A stretch of DNA of 64,000 nt from Candidatus Doudnabacteria bacterium RIFCSPHIGHO2_02_FULL_42_25 (GTDB lineage Bacteria; Patescibacteriota; Doudnabacteria; UBA920; O2-02-FULL-48-8), in assembly GCA_001777665.1 (NCBI GenBank), contig MFEQ01000006.1:128880-192879 (forward strand), in the 5' to 3' direction. This document shows, piece by piece, positions 25,906 to 35,445 of this stretch. The notes under the pieces are model-generated. The model made no database searches, had not been told where the DNA came from, and worked only from the letters and a program-made list of their open reading frames with translations. The position numbers and the translations under genes are program-made. The first letter of the stretch is position 1, and each line of letters opens with the position of its first letter.

Positions 25906-26418
25906 TTATTTTTGTTGAAATTTAATTTTATGTAATTTAAGCAGAACCAAACTCACCGCGGCTCCGATAATAGCGCCGACCAAAATATCAGATGGGTAAT
26001 GCACTCCGACAAAAATCCTAACAATGGATCCTAAAGTTGCGATTATGAACATTGGCCAGAACCAGCGTGTTCCCCAGAACGCAAATGCTATACTGAAAAA
26101 AATGACAGTGTGGCCGGATGGAAAAGATTTACCACTCCCTTCATCCACTAGCAACTGATGGACATCCAGGACTTCAAATGGTCTCGGTCGATCGATTAAT
26201 CTTTTAATAATTTCAACAAGTATGACACGCGAGATCAAAGCAGAAATAAAAGCGATGTAGACACGTTTGCGAAGGTTCCATTGTTTATTTGCTAACAACC
26301 CCCCGATGAAACCTAAGAAAATAAAAATCAAAACTGTTGCTAGAAAAATCCCGAAGCCATCGAGAAAAGAAGATTTTCCAGCTAGCCCATTGATTGCTTC
26401 AAATATAGCGTAGTCCAT
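25906..26418 (-). CDS. PAP2-family membrane phosphatase (undecaprenyl-diphosphatase-like)
   Basis: KRLIDRPRP ... PSGH ... VGVHYPSD, the three PAP2 motifs. 170 aa, 4-5 TM. Confidence 0.8.
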   Translation of the reverse strand: MDYAIFEAINGLAGKSSFLDGFGIFLATVLIFIFLGFIGGLLANKQWNLRKRVYIAFISALISRVILVEIIKRLIDRPRPFEVLDVHQLLVDEGSGKSFPSGHTVIFFSIAFAFWGTRWFWPMFIIATLGSIVRIFVGVHYPSDILVGAIIGAAVSLVLLKLHKIKFQQK

Positions 26419-27653
26419 TATAGTCCAGGTGCGGGGAAGTTTTTAGTGAACTTTTTGATTTCGTCTTTAACTTTTGGCGCGACTAAAGGTTCAGTAATTA
26501 CTGCTGTAATCCACGATGCAATTTTACTCATATCTTTTTCTTTCATACCGCGTGAAGTAACTGCTGGTGTCCCAATTCGTATACCAGATGGATCCCATGG
26601 TTTTCGTGTATCAAATGGGATCATGCTACGGTTCGTAACAATCCCAGCACTATCAAGTAAATCTTGGGCTTGTTTACCCCCAATATTTTTGTTCGTCAAA
26701 TCCATAATCAACATATGATTATCCGAACCTCCTGAAACTAATTTAAATCCAAAATCCATCAAGGATTTTGCCAATGCTTTCGAATTTTTTACCACCTGCT
26801 CTGCATATTTACGAAAAGCAGCGGTATTCACTTCCTTCATCGCTACGGCCATGGAAGCAATAGCGTTTTCATGTGGGCCGCCCTGCATCCCAGGAAACAC
26901 CGCTTTATCGATGGCAACTGCATGTTTTTCTTTACACATGATCAAACCGCCTCGTGGACCTCGCAATGTTTTGTGGGTAGTAGTAGTGACGACATCGAAA
27001 AATGGAATGGGTGAAGCATGTACCCCGGCTGCCACTAACCCACCGATGTGAGAAATGTCTGCCATGGAAACAGCGTTGACATCTTGGGCGATTTCTTTAA
27101 ATCGTTTAAAATCAATTTCGCGAGGGTAAGCGGTAAAACCGGAAAGAATTAATTTCGGTCGAACTTTGTCAGCCATTTTGGCAATCTCTTCATAATCCAA
27201 TTTATGACTTTTCGGCGAAACCCCGTAGTGAACAAATTTATACTGTTTGCCAGAAAAATTCACAGGACTGCCGTGAGTGAGATGTCCGCCATGGTCCAAA
27301 TTCATAGCCATGACAGTATCCCCAGGACTAAGTAGTGCTGCATAGACTTCCAAATTCATCGGACTTCCCGAATATGGCTGGACGTTTACATGCCAATCAT
27401 CGGGTAAATGAAATGCGGCCTTGGTGCGGGCAATGGCCAAATCTTCGATTTGATCGACTATTTCATTACCGGCGTAATATCGTTTGTGCGGATAACCTTC
27501 GGCGTATTTGTTCGTTAACACTGATCCCAGAGCTTCGAGAACTTCGTCGGAAACATAATTTTCAGAAGCAATCAATTCCAAAACATCCGCTTGCCTTTTG
27601 CGTTCTTGTAAAATCAAACTATGCAGTTCGGAATCGTTTTGCTTAAGAGACAT
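26418..27653 (-). CDS. glyA: Serine hydroxymethyltransferase
   Basis: 411 aa. ...NLDHGGHLTHGSPVNFSGK..., PLP-lysine region TTTTHKTLRGPRGG. Confidence 0.95.
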   Translation of the reverse strand: MSLKQNDSELHSLILQERKRQADVLELIASENYVSDEVLEALGSVLTNKYAEGYPHKRYYAGNEIVDQIEDLAIARTKAAFHLPDDWHVNVQPYSGSPMNLEVYAALLSPGDTVMAMNLDHGGHLTHGSPVNFSGKQYKFVHYGVSPKSHKLDYEEIAKMADKVRPKLILSGFTAYPREIDFKRFKEIAQDVNAVSMADISHIGGLVAAGVHASPIPFFDVVTTTTHKTLRGPRGGLIMCKEKHAVAIDKAVFPGMQGGPHENAIASMAVAMKEVNTAAFRKYAEQVVKNSKALAKSLMDFGFKLVSGGSDNHMLIMDLTNKNIGGKQAQDLLDSAGIVTNRSMIPFDTRKPWDPSGIRIGTPAVTSRGMKEKDMSKIASWITAVITEPLVAPKVKDEIKKFTKNFPAPGL

Positions 27654-27654
27654 A

Positions 27655-28815
27655 TTATTTTTTAATTAAACTATATAACATTGTCAGAGCGCCGACAGCA
27701 ATAAAAACTTCGATGATTGACCCATTTGAGGTAAGAATCCAAATCGCCAACAATGCCGTGACGACTTTTCCGATAGCCAGACTAAACTCAAAAAATACCC
27801 CGTAGGCGATGGCAAAATCTGGTCCTCTGGCTCCTGCGATTTGAAAAGTCCGATGCAAAAGTGGTACGCCTATAAAGGCCTTGCCGACTCTGGTGAGGAC
27901 ATCGAAGATCACGACCCCACTAAACGAATTGGCGAAAATCCGGAAGACCCAAGTTAGTCCATAGAATACCGCAGCTGTTGGCAGTAAATTCAGTTTCTGG
28001 TATCGATCGAGTATCCGTCCTAAATATAACATTAACATGACTGCAATCACACTGGCAAACGTCACGATAATCCCAATTGATGAAAATTTCGGAACAATTG
28101 TAAAAATAAAAATCGGCCACAAAGTCATGAGCATTAAATCTTCAGCATAACCCCAGTACCCAAAAAAGTTCCGTGGATATAACCTGAAAATTCGCCAAAA
28201 ATTTTTAAATCGAAATTCGTGCCTGGTATAAATTTCTGGAGAAAGAAAAAGCGGATATACAGAAATCACAGTCAGAGTGGCCGCGCATACAAACAAAATC
28301 AGAAAACCAAATTGATACGAAATAAATCCCCCCAATATCGGTCCGAGGATCGCTGCGAATTCAATCACTGAAAATAATACGCCGACTTCCCGCCCTCGTT
28401 GAATTTTTACATTGTTCAAGGCAACATCAGCATTGTAAGGCGGCCAGAACAAAGATTTCTGGAATGCAAATAAAATCGGGGCGACATAAAACAACAAAGG
28501 TTCGGATTCTATACCATATAGCGTTAACCAATAAGTGATTTGAAAAATCGCGGCATAAAGCATAGCGTGCTTATAGCCAATGATGCTCGTGACTTTTGTA
28601 ATTGGAATAACAAACAACGCATACGCCACATAAACCATCAAATAAAAATACATTATATCGACCACCGAATAGCCCAAAGTAATTAGGTAAATTGGTTCGA
28701 AGATATATGCCAAATTTATGGCCAAATTAAAAAGACCGGTATTCCAGTAAAGTTCTTTTACTTCACGATTTAGTTCATGGGAAAAGTAATGATATCTTCT
28801 GGGTATTAAGAGCAT
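27655..28815 (-). CDS. MFS-type transporter
   Basis: 386 aa, ~11-12 TM. MFS motif A LGRILDRYQK. Confidence 0.65.
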   Translation of the reverse strand: MLLIPRRYHYFSHELNREVKELYWNTGLFNLAINLAYIFEPIYLITLGYSVVDIMYFYLMVYVAYALFVIPITKVTSIIGYKHAMLYAAIFQITYWLTLYGIESEPLLFYVAPILFAFQKSLFWPPYNADVALNNVKIQRGREVGVLFSVIEFAAILGPILGGFISYQFGFLILFVCAATLTVISVYPLFLSPEIYTRHEFRFKNFWRIFRLYPRNFFGYWGYAEDLMLMTLWPIFIFTIVPKFSSIGIIVTFASVIAVMLMLYLGRILDRYQKLNLLPTAAVFYGLTWVFRIFANSFSGVVIFDVLTRVGKAFIGVPLLHRTFQIAGARGPDFAIAYGVFFEFSLAIGKVVTALLAIWILTSNGSIIEVFIAVGALTMLYSLIKK

Positions 28816-29476
28816 TTGCTATTTGTTTCTCTGTTATCGGGCCTACTCTTAATATTTTAGCATCTTTAATCATAGAAACCACTGTGGATGGTTTAGTTTT
28901 CCGGAGTTTGCCACCATCTAGGTAGAAATCGGGCTTTCCGCCAGCTGGCGGATTTGAACTTTGAAATTGCTTTTTTACTTGCTCCACCGAATAAGTATTG
29001 GGTTGTCCAGAAACATTGGCGGATGTCGTGGTGATCGGTTTACCGAACTTTTTCACGAGTTCTAATGCAATTTTGTTCTTCGGCCAACGGATGCCCAGTG
29101 TTCCAGTTCCGGCTGATAATTTTTTCCAAGACTTCCCTTTTGCCTTAAGTGGCAAAACAATCGTCAAGGGGCCTGGCCAAAACTTTCGGATTAACTTCTT
29201 CGCATCAGGAGTTACCTTCACAATCCGACTTAGCCATTTACTACCATACTCTGTAGTATGATAGTATTCGCCAGGGATTATTACATGAGTTGGCTTTCGA
29301 AAGTGACGGCCCTTGAGTCGATAAAGTTTGGCCACTGCTTCTGGATTTGTCGCATCAACAGCCAAACCATAAGCGGTGTCAGTTGGGTAAACGACGATAC
29401 CACCAGCTTTGAGGATTTTTACAGCGAAAATTATTTCCGCTATTCTTCTCCCCTTGCGGGAGAAGATGTCAGCCAT
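28775..29476 (-). CDS. tsaC: L-threonylcarbamoyladenylate synthase (TsaC/YrdC/Sua5 family)
   Basis: VYPTDTAYGLAVDATNPEAVAKLYRLKGR...KPITTTSAN YrdC motifs. Start taken at MADIFSRKG (29476), not track ORF 29566. Confidence 0.8.
   Translation of the reverse strand: MADIFSRKGRRIAEIIFAVKILKAGGIVVYPTDTAYGLAVDATNPEAVAKLYRLKGRHFRKPTHVIIPGEYYHTTEYGSKWLSRIVKVTPDAKKLIRKFWPGPLTIVLPLKAKGKSWKKLSAGTGTLGIRWPKNKIALELVKKFGKPITTTSANVSGQPNTYSVEQVKKQFQSSNPPAGGKPDFYLDGGKLRKTKPSTVVSMIKDAKILRVGPITEKQIANALNTQKISLLFP
29443..29468. repeat. 25-nt hairpin-containing direct repeat, copy 1 (inside tsaC 5' codons), flanking DUF559 gene
   Basis: tcttctccc-cttgc-gggagaagatg; copy 2 at 29888-29913 is catcttctccc-gtcaa-gggagaagatg. 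Confidence 0.6.
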
Positions 29477-29840
29477 TTCGGCTTTTGACAAGCCGGCTGA
29501 CAGATGAGGGGGAGTTGAGGTAGTCTTTGATTTTATTAATAAGCTGTTTTTCATGTTTAAGTTCACTATTCCAAAACCTAAGAACGATAAAACCTTGAGA
29601 TTCTAAATGCTTACCCCTTGTTGTATCTTTTATTTTTGCTTCAGCTTGACGGTGAGGATTACCGTCCAGCTCAATAATTAACCTTTTTTCAAAACAACAA
29701 AAATCAACTATGTAATTATCTATCCAAACCTGTCTTCTGAACTTATACCCCAGCTGACGATCTTTAATTAAAAACCAGAGTCTCTTCTCTTCAGGTGTTT
29801 GTTGCTTTCGTAATTCTTTTGATAACTTAGCCTTTGGCAT
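29469..29840 (-). CDS. DUF559 / Vsr-like endonuclease-domain protein
   Basis: 123 aa. ...FKFRRQ..IDNYIVDFCCFEKRLIIELDG..H... typical of DUF559 (very-short-patch-repair-endonuclease fold). Stop overlaps the tsaC start. Confidence 0.65.
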   Translation of the reverse strand: MPKAKLSKELRKQQTPEEKRLWFLIKDRQLGYKFRRQVWIDNYIVDFCCFEKRLIIELDGNPHRQAEAKIKDTTRGKHLESQGFIVLRFWNSELKHEKQLINKIKDYLNSPSSVSRLVKSRNG

Positions 29841-29887
29841 ATAACACCCTCATCTGTCCGAGCACAAATATATTCTTACAATCGGAC

Positions 29888-29913
29888 ATCTTCTCCCGTC
29901 AAGGGAGAAGATG
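29888..29913. repeat. 25-nt hairpin direct repeat, copy 2
   Basis: See 29443-29468. Confidence 0.6.
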
Positions 29914-29922
29914 ATTTGTAAT

Positions 29923-32829
29923 TTACTTAACCACGAAATTTATCAATTTATCCTGAACGAAAATCTCTTTGACTATTTGTTTGCCTTCCAGGTGACGCTT
30001 GACGTTTGGATCTACTATCACTTTTAATCGAACTTCGTCTTGGGAGGTGCCTACAGGAAAATCCAAAGTCGCCCGAACCCGGCCCAAAACTTGTACAACT
30101 ATTTTTACGTTTTTATCTTCAGTCATTTTTTCATCAAACTTTGGCCAGGGTTGTGTATGGATAGAATCTGTCTGCCCAAGTTGGCTCCATAATTCCTCTG
30201 TGATGTGGGGAGCGAAAGGTGCTAGTAAAATCAAAAATGTTTCCCAGTTTGCTTTCGACATCTGTTTATTTTCATTCAGGAATTCCATAAACGCCGCAAT
30301 TGATGTGTTGAATTTAAAATTCGGAATATCTGAAGTGATTTTTTTGATGAGTTTGTGTAACCCCATCTCGACCGACGGGAGAGATCGCTCTTGAGAGGGA
30401 TTTCTCACTTCGTTCGAAATGGTTCTAAAAACCTTATCTAAGAACCTTCTAGCGCCGATTAGACCTTTGGTATTCCAAGGCTGACCATCTTCAAACGGTC
30501 CCATGAACATTTCATATATACGCATGGAATCAGCACCCACACTTTCCACCACTTCGTCAGGATTGACTACATTACCCCTACTCTTACTCATTTTCTGACC
30601 ATCCGCCCCTTGGATCAATCCGAGATGACGAAGTTTATTAAAGGGTTCTGCAACTTTCACAAATCCAGCGTCAAACAAAAATTTTGTTAAAAACCGGGAA
30701 TAAAGTAAGTGAAGTGTTGCGTGTTCGGGTCCGATGACATAAAGATCCACTGGCATCCAATGATCGACTTTTGACTGTTCAAAAATTTCTTGGTCATTAT
30801 GCGGATCAGTATATCGCAAATAATACCAAGAAGAATCAAAGAAAGTATCGAGAGTCTCTGGTTCTCTTTTGGCAGGTCCGCCACAATTCGGACAACTAAC
30901 ATTTAAGAATTGTTCTGAACTGGCGAGCGGAGGCATTCCTTTGGGGCGAAAATCGACATCGTCCGGCAGAACCACTGGTAAATCTTTTTCAGGGACTGGA
31001 TGAATTCCACATTTTTCGCAATTGATCATCGGGATGGGCACGCCCCAATATCGCTGCCTGGAGATAGACCAATCACGGAGTCGATACTGAACTTTAGGTG
31101 TACCGAAATCTTTAGCCATTTGAGATCTAATCGTCGAGGAACTAACATCATTGTATTTCCCAGAATTCATAATCCGACCTTCGCGAGTATAAGGTAGTCT
31201 GCGATCACCTTCATCATTCACCACCCGAACAATTGGCAATTCAAATTTTTTCGCAAATTCAAAGTCACGCTCATCGTGTGCCGGGACAGCCATAATCGCT
31301 CCTGATCCATAAGTCGACAACACATAATCCGCAACCCAGATTTGAATTTTATCTTTCGTTGCCGGGTTAATCGCAAAAGCCCCAGTGAATACTCCGGTTT
31401 TATCTTTTTCTAGAGCAGTGCGTTCTAGTTCAGTTTTCTTAGCTGCACTTTCTACGTAGTTAACTACGTAGTTTTTCTGTTCTTTGGTCGTAATCTGGCT
31501 AACTAGAGGATGTTCTGGAGCCAAAACCATATACGTCGCACCAAAAATTGTATCCGGCCGGGTCGTGAAAACTTTTATTTTTGGTAAAACAACTTTGAGC
31601 AACTCTGGTTCTTGTAGATCAGTAAAATGTTGTTTAGACGCAGTAGTTTCAAAAAACCCTGAACCAAGCTTCTCTTTTAAGAATTTTAAATACTCTCCCC
31701 GTTTCTTGTCCTCTAACAAATCAGATACCACGGTTCGAAATTTCGTTAACTCTTTTACTTTCTCATAATCGATATCCCAACTAAAGTTTTTCCAAAACGG
31801 TCGTTCTATAGAGCCTGGGAATGTTTTATCAGTAGCAGAAGCAATCAAAATTAATCCCATAATACGACTGTTGTGTCTCATTAGCACTTTTTGCGCGACA
31901 ACACAACCTAAACTATGACCAACGATAATTGTATTCTTATCAATTTTACAATTTTGTAAAACAAAATTAACTTGCTCTTCCTCTTTAGGATCATTGCTAT
32001 TTGGCATTTCAGGAGCTTGAACTTTATACCCTTTACTCTCAATTTCTTGCTTCAACCAAGGAATAAAATTTTTGCCTGGCAAACCAGTATAGCCGTGCAG
32101 AATCAAAAAATTTGGCTCGGATTCAAAGTCAACTTTGAAATCAATATCAGCACCTTCAGACCGGCCGATCCAGTTCTTTTGCATTTGCTTCGTGGCTTCC
32201 GGCCAGTCCAGTCCGTCTAAGTCCGCGAGCAGTCTGTCCGCATAGTCCGTGATTTTGAGAAACCACTGTTCCATTTCTTTCTGGATGACCACTGTACCAC
32301 AACGATCGCACTTACCATCTATTACCTGTTCATTAGCCAGAACTGTTTGATCGTTTGGACACCAGTTGATTTTGGCTTTGGCGCGATAAGCTAACCCTTT
32401 CTTATAGAGCTGGATAAATAACCACTGAGTCCATTTGTAATAATCCGGGCTCGATGTATTGATTTCTCGATCCCAATCATAAGACAGTCCAAACATCTGG
32501 ACTTGGCGTTTGAAATTGGCAATATTTTCCGCTGCAACTTCTTTTGGATTCTTCCCGACCTTGATCGCATAATTTTCTGTAGGCAACCCAAAAGCATCCC
32601 AACCCATGGTGTAGAGCACTTCTTTACCATTGGCACGCGTAAATCTAGCATGAATGTCTTCCGCGATATAACCTTTCGGATGCCCGACATGAAGACCTGC
32701 TGCTGATGGGTAAGGGAAAGTTTCTAATTGATAGAACTTGGGCTTCTTTGAATCATCCTTGGCTTGATAAAGTTTATTATCTGCCCAAAATTTTTGCCAT
32801 TTTGATTCTATTTCTTTGTGGTTATACAT
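29923..32829 (-). CDS. leuS: Leucyl-tRNA synthetase with inserted alpha/beta serine-hydrolase domain
   Basis: HIGH (LHVGHP), KMSKS (KMSKSRGN), editing-domain motifs FTTRPDT and AVPAHDERD. Extra ~185 aa between NWIGRSEG and the CP1 domain carries LILHGYTG...IIVGHSLGCV (GxSxG). Start taken at MYNHKEIESKWQKFW (32829). Confidence 0.9.
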   Translation of the reverse strand: MYNHKEIESKWQKFWADNKLYQAKDDSKKPKFYQLETFPYPSAAGLHVGHPKGYIAEDIHARFTRANGKEVLYTMGWDAFGLPTENYAIKVGKNPKEVAAENIANFKRQVQMFGLSYDWDREINTSSPDYYKWTQWLFIQLYKKGLAYRAKAKINWCPNDQTVLANEQVIDGKCDRCGTVVIQKEMEQWFLKITDYADRLLADLDGLDWPEATKQMQKNWIGRSEGADIDFKVDFESEPNFLILHGYTGLPGKNFIPWLKQEIESKGYKVQAPEMPNSNDPKEEEQVNFVLQNCKIDKNTIIVGHSLGCVVAQKVLMRHNSRIMGLILIASATDKTFPGSIERPFWKNFSWDIDYEKVKELTKFRTVVSDLLEDKKRGEYLKFLKEKLGSGFFETTASKQHFTDLQEPELLKVVLPKIKVFTTRPDTIFGATYMVLAPEHPLVSQITTKEQKNYVVNYVESAAKKTELERTALEKDKTGVFTGAFAINPATKDKIQIWVADYVLSTYGSGAIMAVPAHDERDFEFAKKFELPIVRVVNDEGDRRLPYTREGRIMNSGKYNDVSSSTIRSQMAKDFGTPKVQYRLRDWSISRQRYWGVPIPMINCEKCGIHPVPEKDLPVVLPDDVDFRPKGMPPLASSEQFLNVSCPNCGGPAKREPETLDTFFDSSWYYLRYTDPHNDQEIFEQSKVDHWMPVDLYVIGPEHATLHLLYSRFLTKFLFDAGFVKVAEPFNKLRHLGLIQGADGQKMSKSRGNVVNPDEVVESVGADSMRIYEMFMGPFEDGQPWNTKGLIGARRFLDKVFRTISNEVRNPSQERSLPSVEMGLHKLIKKITSDIPNFKFNTSIAAFMEFLNENKQMSKANWETFLILLAPFAPHITEELWSQLGQTDSIHTQPWPKFDEKMTEDKNVKIVVQVLGRVRATLDFPVGTSQDEVRLKVIVDPNVKRHLEGKQIVKEIFVQDKLINFVVK

Positions 32830-32837
32830 GAATTCTC

Positions 32838-32912
32838 CTGCCCGCCCGCAACGCCTGAGCAAGACCGCAAGCAAAAAAATCAGGCTTGCGATGGCGGGCG
32901 GGCCATTTCTTT
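32838..32912. repeat. GC-rich long hairpin repeat (copy 1) in leuS 5' region
   Basis: cccgcccgcaacgcctgagcaaga...tcaggcttgcgatggcgggcggg. Reverse complement of 63058-63122 has the same arms with a different loop. Confidence 0.65.
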
Positions 32913-32942
32913 TCTATTTCTTTGTGATTATAAGCTTCCATA

Positions 32943-33764
32943 CTATCTTATATTAAACAATTTCTTCGCATTTGAGAATGTCTGGAATGCGACCTCTTCA
33001 GGTTCAACCTTATTTAGCTCTGCAATTTTTTCGACAATATACCTCACATAACTCGGCTCGTTGCGTTTTCCACGGTATGGCGGAGGTGTTAAATATGGCG
33101 CGTCAGTCTCTGTCAGTAATCTATCAGCCGGCGTGTTCGCTACCACTTCTGCAAGTTTCCCGGTTTTATCAAAGGTCAAAATGCCATTCAGAGCGATGTA
33201 AAATCCTAAATCCAAAAACTTTTTAGCTATTTCCCAAGTATCCGTAAATGAATGTGCCACACCTTGCAATCCTGCATATTCACTTTTCAAAATTTCTAAC
33301 AAATCGGCATAGGCGTCTCTGCAATGAATAATCACTGGTAGTTTGTGCTTTTTCGCAAAGTGTAATTGTTTTACAAATTCCTCTTTCTGTTTTTTGATAA
33401 CAGATTCTCGATCACTATCTGAAGGCAATCGAAAATAATCCAATCCACACTCACCTACTGCAACAACTTTTTCTGTCAGCATCTGCTCGTAGTCCGACTC
33501 AACGAAAACTTCTGTTCGGGATTGAAAATGACTTTCTTCTTCGTCCAACATCTGCTGATAAGTATGCACTGGGTGTAGACCAATCGCAGCAAAAACTCCT
33601 TCCGGATAAATTTTCGCCACTTCAACTGCTAATTTAGATGTATCAGTTTGCGTGCCGACATTGATCATCCAAGTATTTCCATCTAGTGCTCGTTTGATAG
33701 TTTCGGATTGATCATCTTTAAATGCTGCGAAGTTGACGTGGGTATGGGTGTCAAAGTATTTCAT
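32943..33764 (-). CDS. tatD: TatD-family metal-dependent DNase/hydrolase
   Basis: MKYFDTHTHVNF ... GLHPV ... GECGLDY ... IHCRDA, TatD motifs. Start at 33764. Confidence 0.85.
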   Translation of the reverse strand: MKYFDTHTHVNFAAFKDDQSETIKRALDGNTWMINVGTQTDTSKLAVEVAKIYPEGVFAAIGLHPVHTYQQMLDEEESHFQSRTEVFVESDYEQMLTEKVVAVGECGLDYFRLPSDSDRESVIKKQKEEFVKQLHFAKKHKLPVIIHCRDAYADLLEILKSEYAGLQGVAHSFTDTWEIAKKFLDLGFYIALNGILTFDKTGKLAEVVANTPADRLLTETDAPYLTPPPYRGKRNEPSYVRYIVEKIAELNKVEPEEVAFQTFSNAKKLFNIR

Positions 33765-33946
33765 GAGGTTTATCGAGTTATTCCCCCTCTTAGGATAAGA
33801 GATGCTCACTCCCTCATCAACCGCCGGGGGCTGGGATAGGGGGAGTTACGGTCAGAGCGTTAAACTGCAGCCTAACCCTTATAGATAACCCCTCCTAACC
33901 TCCCCTTATATTAAGGGGAGGAACAACTGCTGCGTTTTTCAAATCT
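33765..33946. repeat. GC-rich hairpin-dense intergenic element between metG and tatD
   Basis: cctcccctta-tat-taaggggagg perfect 10-bp stem, ctcttaggataagag, and ccgccgggggctggg in an otherwise AT-rich genome. Confidence 0.5.
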
Positions 33947-35392
33947 TTATTCAATCTTTTGGAACAACGGCTCTGGTTTCTTTATATCTCCACTTTCCAA
34001 AACTGCTTTAATTTTTTGGGCGGTCTCGGGTAGAACTGGTGCGAGCTTGAGTGCTATGTCATAAAGCAGTGCGGCCAAATTCAAAAGCAACTCTTTGACT
34101 TTGTCTGGGTGTTCTTTGACCAACTCCCACGGTTTGGCTTTATCGATCAATTGATTGGCCCAAGCAATCTCTTCCCAAATCCGAATTAATCCCCCGGCAA
34201 AATCAGAATTATAAAAAGCATCAGACGCAGCGGACAGATCCTTCGGTGACGCTACAAACTCTTCGATGTGACCATCCAGATATTTTTCTATCATGTTTGT
34301 GGTACGAGAAAACAAATTTCCTAGGCCATTGGCCAAATCGCCATTGAAACGAGCTTTCAATTTCTCTTCACTGACATCGCCGTCAGCTCCAAATGGAATT
34401 TCCCGCAACATAAAGTATCGCACTGCCTCGCTCCCGTATTTCGCCACCCAATCATTCGGGTCGATGGCATTGTCCAAACTTTTCGACATCTTCTCACCAT
34501 TGATCGTAAAAAATCCATGCGCAAAAACTCTTTTTGGTGTATCGAGTCCTATCGCCAAAAGTAGTGCTGGCCAGATAATACAGTGGAACTTGATAATATC
34601 TTTCCCCACTATATGTAAATCCGCTGGCCAAAATTTCGCAAAATTTTCAGGATCTGATCCAAACCCGACACCAGAGCAATAATTGAATAACGCTTCCACC
34701 CAAACATACACAGTTTGGTTCTTATCCCAGGGAATCGGAATTCCCCATTTGACGTTCGGTCGGGAAATCGCAATATCTTCGAGGCCTTGTTTGATAAACG
34801 ACAAGACTTCGTTCTTTCGGGAGAATGGACGAATTTCTAATTGATCTGAATCAATCAATTCTACAAGTTGTTTCTGGTAATCAGACAGTTTAAAAAACCA
34901 ATTTTTTTCTTTTAACTTCTCCGGTTTAGTTTTATGATCTGGACAAAGTCCGTTTACTAATTCTGATTCTTTAATATACGCCTCGTGCCCGACACAATAC
35001 AATCCTTCGTATTCGCCTTCATAAATTTTTCCCGAAGCTTTGAGTTGATGTAAAAAAATCTCCACTGCCGCTTCATGTTCTGGGTCTGTGGTACGGATAA
35101 ACTTATCTGGGGCTATGCCGAGTTGGTCAAAAGCCAAAGAAAATTGTGCGGCAACGGTGTCAGCAAATTCCTTTGGTGCCTTACCGGCTTTTTTAGCAGC
35201 GGCTTCAATTTTTGCGCCGTGTTCGTCTGTGCCAGTTTGAAAAAATACTTCTTCACCTAATTGGCGATGCAGACGAGCCAAAACATCCGCCGCAATCGCC
35301 GGATAAGCTGACCCGATATGTGGTTTATCATTCACATAAAATATCGGGGTCGTGACATAGAATTTTTTCTGCTCGTTTTCCATAGTTTTCAA
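33947..35392 (-). CDS. metG: Methionyl-tRNA synthetase (short form)
   Basis: PIFYVNDKPHIGSAY (HIGH-class), KMSKSLDN, zinc-knuckle region. 481 aa. Confidence 0.9.
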   Translation of the reverse strand: MKTMENEQKKFYVTTPIFYVNDKPHIGSAYPAIAADVLARLHRQLGEEVFFQTGTDEHGAKIEAAAKKAGKAPKEFADTVAAQFSLAFDQLGIAPDKFIRTTDPEHEAAVEIFLHQLKASGKIYEGEYEGLYCVGHEAYIKESELVNGLCPDHKTKPEKLKEKNWFFKLSDYQKQLVELIDSDQLEIRPFSRKNEVLSFIKQGLEDIAISRPNVKWGIPIPWDKNQTVYVWVEALFNYCSGVGFGSDPENFAKFWPADLHIVGKDIIKFHCIIWPALLLAIGLDTPKRVFAHGFFTINGEKMSKSLDNAIDPNDWVAKYGSEAVRYFMLREIPFGADGDVSEEKLKARFNGDLANGLGNLFSRTTNMIEKYLDGHIEEFVASPKDLSAASDAFYNSDFAGGLIRIWEEIAWANQLIDKAKPWELVKEHPDKVKELLLNLAALLYDIALKLAPVLPETAQKIKAVLESGDIKKPEPLFQKIE

Positions 35393-35445
35393 TCAAAAAA
35401 GCCTTATTCAGGCCTGTTTATTATAGCAATTAATTCCAAACTTAA

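Noticed and set aside
25884-25915. Terminator hairpin after tRNA-Leu
   Set aside because: aaaaggggcctttt is A/T-symmetric but the GC core does not pair convincingly. Possibly a weak bidirectional terminator, but not confident enough to list as a feature.
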